From the NCBI GenBank assembly GCA_977862235.1, contig OZ374561.1, positions 372,001-436,000 of the forward strand: 64,000 nt of DNA, written 5' to 3'. The notes beneath the pieces were generated by a model that worked only from the letters and a program-made list of their open reading frames with translations, was not told the origin of the DNA and did not search any database. The translations under genes and the position numbers were made by a program. This document shows, one piece after another, positions 35,327 to 45,700 of this stretch. The stretch comes from Dudresnaya verticillata (lineage: Eukaryota). Positions within the stretch are counted from its first letter, which is position 1. Every line of letters begins with the position of its first letter.

Positions 35327-37342
35327 GTGTCTCCTGCCGACCGCCGCACCCAGCTACTGCGACGTCTCAACCAGATCACGCAGGAGCGCTCGCGCATCGA
35401 GCGCCGCGCCAACCGCCACGGTGCTTCCAGGCCTAACGGCGATCGCAACGACCCTGACCCCGCTAATGACGCTGCTGCTGCCGCCGCCACGCGCGATGAG
35501 GCCCGTAACGGTACCGTCAACGGCGCCCGCCGTACCCAAGCCACCCTGTCGAAGCGGAGACGGAGTGGCGAGATAGTCCCGCAGCGGCAGGACCCGGACC
35601 GAAAGCTTGGGAAGATCGTCGATGCAGCCAAACAGGATCCTCCGGCCGATGCGCAGCGAAATGGACGTCACAGCGGTAGGAGGGTGCAGTCGGCCCCTGC
35701 GAGGGATGCTGCGGTGCGTGTGGATCTGGATGGCGCTGCCGGATCGAACGTTGGCAAGCTCGATTTGTCGTTGGTGGACAGTCGCAAACCCGGTAATGCG
35801 TCGCCCCCGGCTACCCCATCTCCTGCCCCGCGTGGGTCAGGTCGAATTCGCACACCTTCTGTGCTGCTTGCGTCGCGGCCCGGGGAGAACGTTCGACCAC
35901 TGAAGCCGAATGCCGCATCGAAGAATCGTCAAGTTGCGTATTGCTTACGGATTGTCAGAGACATGTTACGTTTGAAGGACGGGTTCGGTTTTTCAAAGCC
36001 TATCGACCAGTTGTGGTCTGTGAGTCAATTGCCGGGGTACTTTGAGGTTATCAAGCACCCGATGGATTTGGATACGGTGCGGCAGAGACTAGAGTCGGGT
36101 TTCTACATGAAGTCTCCTGGAAAGGAGGAGGTCGAGGAGGTGACTTTTGATGTCGATACGTATGCGTCGGACATGCGTCTTATTTTCGACAATGCCCAGA
36201 CGTATAACCGCGCTGGCGACGTCTTTTATGAAGCTGCGGCTCGTCTGCTAGAAAAGTTTGAGGCTAAGTTTAGGCAGATGCCAACACCGGAGCAGTTAGC
36301 TGCAATGTCTGCAAAGAAAAGCAGCAAGAAGCGGAGAAAGGGACAGTCTGGTACATCGGCTGCTGGAGAGGACAAGAAAGCTGATGCTTCAAAACGCCGA
36401 AAGTCAGGCGAGACAGATGGGCACGCTGCGCAGAAAAAGCGCCCTAGTGTCAAAAAGAAGTCGAGTGGAGCGAGCAGTGCTGGGGCGGGCAGTGGCGGTG
36501 CTAGTGGCAATGTTGGCAGCGGAAGCAAGGCTCGAACGCCAGCAGCAAGTGGTGGTCGCAAGAAGACCGGCGGCAAATCTACTGTTGCTCCGATCCAGAA
36601 TATCAACAGCATGAGTGCCGAAGAACTGGAGGCGAGATTACGTGCGTTGGAGAGACGGCGAGCTCTGACACAACCGGGATCACCTGCGGCATCGCCGACG
36701 GCCGGACAGCCAGCTTACCTGGCTGAGGCTCAGGCCCTTTATCACGTGGAGGTCACTTTTGATGAGAAGCTGGAGATAATTAAGAACGTCAGTCGCTTAC
36801 CAGCTGAGAAGCTTCGAAAAGTCATTAGCATGGCTAAGAAAAACAATACTTCTATGGAAGTGAACAAGAACGAGGAGGTGGAGCTGGATATTGAGTCAAT
36901 GGATAACAAAACACTTCGGGACATTCAGGCTCTTGTGAATCAGTCCTTATTCAGAGGCAAGAAGGCCCAGGTGGGAAGTGGACCGAACAGCGATGTCCTC
37001 CAAATGAAATTCGGGGAAGTTGTGACGGAAACAGAGAAGGTAAGAGCTGCTCTGAAAAGGATGGGACGTGGGTTCCCTCGCGACGAAAACACGGGGGAGA
37101 AAGACAAAAACGAAAAGTCGTTTTACGATCCCGATTCTAGCTCAGACTCAGATGATTCCGATGGAAGCGGCAGCGATAGTGACGATGACTCTAGCTCTGA
37201 TTCTGATGACTCTTCGGGAGAAGAATCTCAATCAGAGCATATGCGGAAAACACGGGAGCGAAACCTTGCCCACCAGGCAGCAATGAAGGCCAAAGGTACC
37301 CCGTTACCGAGTCCATCATATCAAAGCCATGGAAGCAACTAA
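35327..37342 (+). CDS. bromodomain + extra-terminal domain protein (BET/GTE family); 5' end unresolved
   Basis: Single bromodomain (FSKPID...LPGYFEVIKHPMDLDTV...LIFDNAQTYN), ET domain (VTFDEKLEIIKNVSRLP...EVELDIESMDNKTL), Ser/Asp-rich tail. The frame is open from 35009 with no early ATG, so a spliced first exon is likely. Confidence 0.88.
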   Translation: MSPADRRTQLLRRLNQITQERSRIERRANRHGASRPNGDRNDPDPANDAAAAAATRDEARNGTVNGARRTQATLSKRRRSGEIVPQRQDPDRKLGKIVDAAKQDPPADAQRNGRHSGRRVQSAPARDAAVRVDLDGAAGSNVGKLDLSLVDSRKPGNASPPATPSPAPRGSGRIRTPSVLLASRPGENVRPLKPNAASKNRQVAYCLRIVRDMLRLKDGFGFSKPIDQLWSVSQLPGYFEVIKHPMDLDTVRQRLESGFYMKSPGKEEVEEVTFDVDTYASDMRLIFDNAQTYNRAGDVFYEAAARLLEKFEAKFRQMPTPEQLAAMSAKKSSKKRRKGQSGTSAAGEDKKADASKRRKSGETDGHAAQKKRPSVKKKSSGASSAGAGSGGASGNVGSGSKARTPAASGGRKKTGGKSTVAPIQNINSMSAEELEARLRALERRRALTQPGSPAASPTAGQPAYLAEAQALYHVEVTFDEKLEIIKNVSRLPAEKLRKVISMAKKNNTSMEVNKNEEVELDIESMDNKTLRDIQALVNQSLFRGKKAQVGSGPNSDVLQMKFGEVVTETEKVRAALKRMGRGFPRDENTGEKDKNEKSFYDPDSSSDSDDSDGSGSDSDDDSSSDSDDSSGEESQSEHMRKTRERNLAHQAAMKAKGTPLPSPSYQSHGSN

Positions 37343-37474
37343 CATACTCAGCATTTCTGGGTAATCATTCGTACTGAGCGTCCAACTTCCGCATCTGCTG
37401 ATCCTGATAACATCGATAAAAGGCGAGAACGTATTTCGGGCTCCCCTGTACCATAGAAGAGTACCTTGTGACTT

Positions 37475-38182
37475 TCAGTTCACCAAAAACCTTTCTTTCC
37501 CGTCCATGAGCGTATCCAAAGGCAGGACATTCGGAAGAGGCGGTCTAGAGACAAGTGTCCATTTCGCTTCTGCATTCCATTGTTGTTCCACTTCGAACGT
37601 TGCAACACCACAGTACGGAGTCTTGATTCGGGCCGGAACCCCGGCTGTGTGTGCCAGTTCCTTTTGAGCCTCACAGTGTCCAACAACAATAACTTGAGGA
37701 ATAGCTTCCTTTGGATGTTCGCGAGCAGCCCCTCTACTGATTAGTTCGAGCACAGCCTGGCATGAGAGTCCTTCATCCTCTTGAAACTCAACCAAACGCG
37801 CCTCCGGGTGCACGTCCCGCAAAATTTGTGCTGCCTCTGCCTCGTTGGCGTACTGTGGCTTGACGTTCGCAAGCTTGCACTTTTGAAAGTAACGGCATGG
37901 CTTCGCCAGGGAAACTACCACCTTTACGGGCAGGTTCAGGCAACCAGCGATTTCAGCAGCAGTCTCCAGGCAGCGGCGCAATGGCGAAGTGTAGATGATG
38001 CCCGCTGACGGGGCGCCTTCGCGAACTAGGCTTGCCGCGCTTGCAGCTTGTTCACGCCCCACAGGTGTCAGCGGTGGGTCTTTCGGGCGCGGAGTGTCAA
38101 ACCTTGTAGCATTCCAAGCATGACTTGGCACCTGATCAGCACGTTCTCCATGTCGCACGAGTAGCAGGCGTGTGGCAGTCAT
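37475..38182 (-). CDS. histidine phosphatase (phosphoglycerate mutase family)
   Basis: LLLVRHGER, DPPLTPVGREQA, IYTSPLRRCLETA, IVVGH. Confidence 0.9.
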   Translation of the reverse strand: MTATRLLLVRHGERADQVPSHAWNATRFDTPRPKDPPLTPVGREQAASAASLVREGAPSAGIIYTSPLRRCLETAAEIAGCLNLPVKVVVSLAKPCRYFQKCKLANVKPQYANEAEAAQILRDVHPEARLVEFQEDEGLSCQAVLELISRGAAREHPKEAIPQVIVVGHCEAQKELAHTAGVPARIKTPYCGVATFEVEQQWNAEAKWTLVSRPPLPNVLPLDTLMDGKERFLVN

Positions 38183-39405
38183 ATCTGGACCAAATCCGAA
38201 AAGAGCAGCTTATTCAAAATGTACGTGAAGTCAAGAAGAGTCTGGGGAGACTCTTTAGTTCTCTTCTTGGTCCTTTTCGTCGACAGACAGTGAATGTTGC
38301 TCTCCCGGATGTTCCTTCCATTCGAGCTCACTTATAACAATGGCAACTGCAGCAGCTCGCCTATTGCGCCTGCATTCTTGGCTGTGTTGTCCAGGAAGAT
38401 AAGCAAGCTCTGCAGTGCCAACGCAGGCACAACGGTGGGAGGCCTACAACAGGCCTGAACACAATATACTAAATTGGTGTGGCAAATATTTTTACAAACA
38501 TTTGTAGCCTGAAAGGGTCGAAACCGAAAGAGCCCCGCTCTGACGCCATATCCGAGTGGTACAGTTGGACCGGTGGCGAAAGTGGGCTTTCGCCGCGCAC
38601 CGACTTCGCAACGGACAAAAGGTCAGGTTTTGCACTGAATGTACCGCCTGAAGAGCCGGAAGAGCTTTCCAGGCTCAGGGCTAGAGGCACAGCGTATAGG
38701 AAGACAGGCAGCGTTGTCCCTCGTGTTGGCTTTTGCATCAGCACATCCCTCTCGCTGCAGGTCCCGTTCGCGTCCAACTTCGTCCGGAGCACTGCGTCCG
38801 CGATTGGTTAGGACAGCTGATCAGCAAAGAGCAGTGCTGAGCTGGACTGGTTGGTAGTGGTCTCATCGAATGGGGTTGTGCCGCGTCGACAGAAATTTTT
38901 CACGCCTCCGCAAGCATCCAAGGCGACAAATTGCTTGCTAGGGTGCTGTTCGCAAGATCCCCGCCTCTGCGCCCCCGAGTGTCCCCCCCACAACCCCATT
39001 CGTAGAATGCATACTGGTGCCAGCACGTGACATCAAGAGCACAAGGCCAGACCTTGTCGCACCCTTACAACCAGATCCACCCGCCAGGTGAGAACGAATG
39101 TGCTGGTTGTAAACACCGGTCAAGAATCTACACGTGCCGCATACTTGCCAAAAGCGATGTGGGCGACTTTAGATAGCTCTGTTATGGTGCTCCGTAAGAA
39201 AAAGATTGCTTTCGAAAGCACTGACGAGGTTCGGCCCGAAAAGCGTGAACATCACCACATTCCCTTATTTAGCACAGAGATAAACATTGCAATCGCCGGT
39301 TCACGGAGCCGACGTTACTTTCCGAGCATATAACGTATTAGCGAACAAACCTGGAATGCTTTGCTGAGACCGTAAACACAACCAGTGACTGTATTGTAGA
39401 AGGTC

Positions 39406-41232
39406 CTACATTCCCAACCGAATGGCAGTAGACAATATAACTTCCTCAGTCCGAGTAGCAAAGCGGGCTGCGAAAGCAGTGTACTCCAGCCCTCCCGTCT
39501 TGGAAGGCACGCGAAGCCCCCGTGTTCTTCTTGGACTATTAACCTCCATGACTCGTTCTGTACACTCAACAATGGCACAGTAGCTCTTCATCATCATCAC
39601 CTTGCCGTGGAAGGCGACAATATGACCATGTGTTGCGCAGCTACCGTATGCATCGCACAGTACCGCTGCTAGTGAATGCCTGTCAAACACTAGTTCTTCA
39701 GGGGGCAAGTGATGTAAAGCCTGTGCGTCTATGCAAACTGAGTCCTCTGTCGGTCTCGGGCTCGGAGTAACACTTGTGGTCGGTTTTTGTGTGACCTCAA
39801 CAATCTCGCCGTCTGAAGGCTCTTCTGATGGCGATAGTGTTTCCATGAGAGAAGGCGTGGGCGTGAAGTTCCCGGGTGCCGGAGTCGGTAGCGCGGGACC
39901 AGTTGCTGATGGAAGCGGTGGTGTTGCTAGATCTACAACGGGCCCCGTGACTGTCGAATTACACTTGACCTCCTCCATCCAAACAGACACGGCAAACAGC
40001 TTGGGCGAGACACAAATGTTTCCAGTTCGTATACGGATACATAATTCCGAATCACGGCAGTTGTCTGAGCACGTACAGGACACATCTCTGTAGCAATAAC
40101 AAATCCTGTCCGTAAGATCACATTGCTCCCTCCCATCACACAACACATCATTTTGCAGACAATTCCCGCTCGTACCAGCCAGACAAGCGCGACTGCCGAG
40201 GCACCCAGTATCTCCTCTGCAACTATCCCCATTTAGGCCTGTGCGAGGAGAAATAGCAGGGAGTGGTGTTGGCTCATTTGCGGGACAAGGAATCGATGTC
40301 GCTGCCGGTATACTATCAACGACTGTAGGTGAGAAGCAGTAACGCTCAGTGGCTGTACCAGTACACACCTCTCCAGATCTGCAGTTGGCATTACAGGCGC
40401 AAACTCGACTGCCCATGCACACGCACTGTGAGCCCCCACTGCACAGCTCCTTAGTATCCTTTCGTAGGCATCGACGGTACGCCAGACAGCGGTCCGGAGC
40501 AGGCCCACATGGGTCACCTGCCAAGCCCCCACCACCAAGGTCTGGGACGGTTGGGGTTGGCGTGCGTGTCGGAGCAGCGCCCGAGGTCGGCGACACCTGT
40601 GGCCCGGTCGGTGCCGTTGTAACAGGTTCTGTCGTTGGCGGGTCCGTCACAGCTGTCGTTGTGCCTGTGGTTGGCACCGTCACTGCGGCGGTCGTCGAGT
40701 CAGACGGCGCCGTGGTAGAGACAGTGGTTGGCGGCTCAGATGTTGCAGTCGGGTCCGTTACAGTCGCCGTTGTGGTTGTCACACTGGCGATGGTCGTGGT
40801 GGTAGTGTCCGGTGGGAGCGTGGTATCTTGTGTGGTTGTCGGCGCGGCTGTCGAGGAGGGGTCGGTGGGGCGTGGCGAGGGTGGTGGAGATATGCTTGAA
40901 ACAATAGTGTAATCGGGATCGGAGGCGATGACTCGCTCCGACGTGCACAACGGGAAGTTGTTGAGCGCCGGGCTGGTAGCGCAGCGCTCACCCGGATCGC
41001 AAACCTTCGCCCCTGTCAGCGCGCAGTTGAACGGAGCTGGCGGGTAGCAATAGCACTTTGATTCATCCGCAAGGCAGAAGAAATGGGATAGGGCTGTGAC
41101 ACAGGACCGGCCAGTTGCGCAGTCGGATTCCTTCGTGCATGGGTCGAAGTTGAGCCCCTGGCCTTGTGCGCGCGACGCGCGCAGCAACATGAAGATGAGC
41201 GTTAGGCGGAGCGCTTGCATGGTGGGATGCAT
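39406..41232 (-). CDS. secreted Cys-rich protein: three Cys-rich modules, Thr/Pro-rich linkers and a ~109-aa C-terminal domain
   Basis: Signal peptide (MQALRLTLIFMLLRASRA); three GLxxDxC-initiated Cys-rich units; mucin-like linkers; C-terminal CIDA...CATHGH...VNSPR domain. Confidence 0.88.
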   Translation of the reverse strand: MHPTMQALRLTLIFMLLRASRAQGQGLNFDPCTKESDCATGRSCVTALSHFFCLADESKCYCYPPAPFNCALTGAKVCDPGERCATSPALNNFPLCTSERVIASDPDYTIVSSISPPPSPRPTDPSSTAAPTTTQDTTLPPDTTTTTIASVTTTTATVTDPTATSEPPTTVSTTAPSDSTTAAVTVPTTGTTTAVTDPPTTEPVTTAPTGPQVSPTSGAAPTRTPTPTVPDLGGGGLAGDPCGPAPDRCLAYRRCLRKDTKELCSGGSQCVCMGSRVCACNANCRSGEVCTGTATERYCFSPTVVDSIPAATSIPCPANEPTPLPAISPRTGLNGDSCRGDTGCLGSRACLAGTSGNCLQNDVLCDGREQCDLTDRICYCYRDVSCTCSDNCRDSELCIRIRTGNICVSPKLFAVSVWMEEVKCNSTVTGPVVDLATPPLPSATGPALPTPAPGNFTPTPSLMETLSPSEEPSDGEIVEVTQKPTTSVTPSPRPTEDSVCIDAQALHHLPPEELVFDRHSLAAVLCDAYGSCATHGHIVAFHGKVMMMKSYCAIVECTERVMEVNSPRRTRGLRVPSKTGGLEYTAFAARFATRTEEVILSTAIRLGM

Positions 41233-42761
41233 GAGGGCATTGGAGCGGCGGCGGGCGGCAGGAGAGCAGGGTGGGTGCGACGCGGATTGCGGCGGGGGTC
41301 AGGGCGGTAGACGGCAGGATTGGCGGACCGGGTGGTATCGCGGGGGTGGGGCGTGGGCGAGGGCTAGGCGGGCGACGAGGGCGGTGTTGAGGCAGTTTGT
41401 TTGGGAACAGAAGCATGGTTCGCCTGGCGCAGCCGCTCCCAGCGCAGTCGGTGAGCTTTCTTCGGTGGTTCAGTGGACAGGCGGCAGGACTGCGTTCCAG
41501 CTGTTGAGCGAGATGCAGATGGCTTGTAACGGCAAGCGGGAAGGGAGTGGACGGCTGACTTGTGGAGAGGGGATTGGACATGTTCGCGTGCAGGAGGCTG
41601 GAGAAGAGACTGTTGAAAGACGTTTTGTGCAAAAAGTTGCTCAGCGATTGGCGCACTGGGAGATGTACAACAAGGGAGGCGAAAATGTGCGAGAATAGAT
41701 CAAATGTACTGTAATTACGTTGGGGGAATGACATGAATTCGGGAATAATTGCAAGGCCACGATCGCTTACAGCTGGTGCCAGCACTGGCGCACAGGCCCG
41801 CGCTGTCACTGGCCAGTCGATCCGGTAGACACGTCGCCTGGCTTGATCTATCTGTGCCGTGTGACGTGGACATGGTGCCCGGTTTTGTGCCGCTAGTCAT
41901 AAAGAGCAGAACAAAATCAGCACGTCTCGGAGGGGCTGCCAACTTCGCAGGGAAGGGAACCCCCGAGGCATCCGAGGGACCCATCGTTCTGGGAGCTGCT
42001 TTTATACCAGCAGCAGCACGTGGCGACCGGAGAAACCATCAAGGTGGTGAGCTTGAGCGACTTCACATGGACAAGAAAGTTCCTCCAAACGTTTTACGCG
42101 ATTACCATAGCGATGCCCGGCCTACAGCCATTTACAGAAAAAACTACATAGTGCTGTCCGCAAACTACTGTACTTGCCTAAACCCGCGAAGTGAGGTGTG
42201 CAAGAATCAAACCGAAACAGCCCAGCTACTCTGTTGTGCCAAAGTCTATTGAACCTCTTGGAGCTACCAAAACGTTCTGAGTGGCGTTGGAGTGCCCCAA
42301 GCATCGCATCACCACTCGACTCACCCCGAAGATGTACACACCAAGAAAACCGCAACGCTAACTCGCTGTGCAGCTCGACCGATCCATGACCATACCACCA
42401 CCAATTACATACTGTCTCTGTCGCTCTGACGCCAGCCCCATCACACCACCATCCAACTCGATGCCTCACACGCATGCCATCCCAGATAAACGAAAGACAC
42501 CATTCCGAATCACGAGGCGTGCCCTTAGACCATATCACTGCCATGTCAACCGAACCTGAATCATTTAGTCTCAGAGATCGTGCAGCCAGCCATTCTTCCA
42601 AAACCAACATGTTCGAACTGATAAGAAGCCTTTGCCTCGCGTTGCGCGTCTTTCACATCCATGAACTTGTCCCCGTTTCCAGGCATCAGCTTGAACGCTT
42701 CTGCAATACCTGTATCTCCCTTACGACTTATTCTTAACACACAAAAGAAGTTTTGCCAATC

Positions 42762-45700
42762 TTAAACCAGGTCATCTCCCTCCAAAACTGCTTCGGAGGC
42801 TCGCGCACCTCCTACAAGTTCCTTTGCCAGCATTAGACCAATAATCGCCACCAAGCTCATACTCACAGCAACTCCAGAAACGCTAGCAACTGCAGTCGTA
42901 CTGCTCTTCTCTTCAGCCACCTGCTGGGCTCTCGAATCCAAAACCTCTGGATCAGTTATCATGCCAGTCCATTCAATGCTTGTGTAGCCTTCGTTCTCCA
43001 ATGCAAAAACAATGATTTGAGAATCAATATACTCGACATATGAACCTTGTGCTAGTTTCACGGAGAGAGCGGTCATATACGCTGTGATCTTCACAATCAC
43101 AGACCCTGAGAACAGCTCTCTATTCCCTGAAGAGCCCGACGGGGAAGGGGATGGAGAGCCAACTTGAACGGCTCCTAAATCTTCATCACCCTCTTCGATT
43201 GCCACGAGAGTCGAGCCGCTCACGTATACTGCAGGGCCATCCTCCACGGATGTAATAAACCAAAACTCTGACATCGTCTGAGTGTTTGTAGCGCTCAAGT
43301 CGATGAACATCTGCGCAATCGTGTTGTTAAATTCGCATGTGTTCGTCAAGTCTGTACCTGCAAGCTGAATTTCCATATTGACCCTTTGGAAGTTGTCCGC
43401 TGGTTGTAACAATTCTGCTTCTGAAATCACACCTGCCTGAATACAACTCTTAATGGGTACACTTACAGGCGTCCGACTAGGAGACGGGGATGAAGTGCGA
43501 GACCTGGGGGCTTCTTGTGACACTTCTGGAGAGAACTCAGCAGAAGGCTCAGTAGACGGAAACGGTAGGAGCCCTCCTCCAGAGTTTGATGCGGACCATG
43601 AAGGCGTTGCTGATGCTGAAGCCGACTGCTCGGTGCTTGGCATAGGCAGCGGCGAGGTCGATTCGATCGGGCCCGGGGGTTCGGTCGGTTGCAATGAGGG
43701 TTCCATTGAAAAATCGAACCGCTCCGTCACACTAGGAACCGGGCTTGATGACTGAGATACCAATGGAGCCACGGTACCAGGTGGACTCACCAAGGGGGTG
43801 GGTGTTTTTGTCGGTCCGACAATTGAAGTCGATTCGACCGGGCCAGGGGGTTCGGTCGGTTGCAATGAGGGTTCCATTGAAAAATCGAACCGCTCCGTCA
43901 CACTAGGAACCGGGCTTGATGACTGAGATACCAATGGAGCCACGGTACCAGGTGGACTCACCAAGGGGGTGGGTGTTTTTGTCGGTCCGACAATTGAAGT
44001 CGATTCGACCGGGCCAGGGGGTTCGGTCGGTTGCAATGAGGGTTGCATTGAAAAATCGAACCGCTCCGTCACACTAGGAACTGGGCTTGATGACTGAGAT
44101 ACCAATGGAGCCACGGTACCAGGTGGACTCACCAAGGGCGTGGGTGTATTTGTCGGTCCGACAATTGAAGTCGATTCGACCGGGCCAGGGGGTTCGGTCG
44201 GTTGCAATGAGGGTTCCATTGAAAAATCGAACCGCTCCGTCACACTAGGAACCGGGCTTGATGACTGAGATACCAATGGAGCCACGGTACCAGGTGGACT
44301 CACCAAGGGGGTGGGTGTTTTTGTCGGTCCGACAATTGAAGTCGATTCGACCGGGCCAGGGGGTTCGGTCGGTTGCAATGAGGGTTGCATTGAAAAATCG
44401 AACCGCTCCGTCACACTAGGAACTGGGCTTGATGACTGAGATACCAATGGAGCCACGGTACCAGGTGGACTCACCAAGGGCGTGGGTGTATTTGTCGGTC
44501 CGACAATTGAAGTCGATTCGACCGGGCCAGGGGGTTCGGTCGGTTGCAATGAGGGTTCCATTGAAAAATCGAACCGCTCCGTCACACTAGGAACTGGGCT
44601 TGATGACTGAGATACCAATGGAGCCACGGTACCAGGTGGACTCACCAAGGGGGTGGGTGTTTTTGTCGGTCCGACAATTGAAGTCGATTCGACCGGGCCA
44701 GGGGTTTCGGTCGGCTGCAATGAGGGTTGCATTGAAAAATCGAACCGCTCCGTCACACTAGGAACTGGGCTTGATGACTGAGATACCAATGGAGCCACGG
44801 TACCAGGTGGACTCACCAAGGGGGTGGGTGTTTTTGTCGGTCCGACAATTGAGATTGAAGGAAATGGACTTTGGGTCCCCGGAGGTGAAGGCAGAGGAGA
44901 TGGAGTCACTGTTGGTCCCAGTGGTGTTGTGGTCACGGCTAGCTCCGGAGGTGTCGGGGTCACTGTTGGACCCACTGGTGTTGGGGTTACCGTTGGCGGG
45001 GTGGCGAGAGGGCTCGGCGTAACTGTTGATCCATTACTGAGTGGATCTGGACTTTCCGTCGCGTCTGGCTGACTAGGAGCTGGAACTTCAGAAGGAGCGG
45101 GAAAGACCGCCTGTGTCTCTTCTGGAACTGGAAGCTCTGTACTAGGTTGAGGTTGAGAGGGAATAGGGGTCCCAACAAGAGCAGTGGTTTCCGGGCTCGA
45201 AATAGGGCCGTCAGGTACCTGCACAGATGGCGATGGTGACGCAGAATCGGTTACAGAGACAATGCCAGTGGTGGTGCTGGCAGATGGTGAAGCAGAAGCT
45301 AGCAAAGGTGGTTGGGTCTCAGTCGCGGGTTCCTCAGGACTCACAGCCGGCGTGTTAGGATCTTCTACAAACGGTGATGGTGATGCAGACGCAGTCACAG
45401 GTACAATCCCAGTGGCGGTGCTTGCAGACGGAGATACAGAGACTGCTACTGGTTGTTCTGTGACTTCACCCATGGGCTCCGGGGTACTTGCAGTTGGAGA
45501 ATCTGGATCTTCCCCAAACGGCGATGGTGACAGGGAAGCAGTTGCAAGCACAATCTCAGTACTGATGCTCGCAGACGGGGATGCCGAAATTACTGATGGT
45601 TGCTCCGTGACCTCAACAATGGGCCCCGGGGTACCTGCAGTTGTAGAATCTGGACCATCCCCAAACGGCGACGGTGATGCGGAAGCAGTTGCAAGCACAA

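Noticed and set aside
38469..38811. Overlapping ~110-aa ORFs between the phosphatase and the Cys-rich gene
   Set aside because: Non-ATG starts and no recognisable motif.
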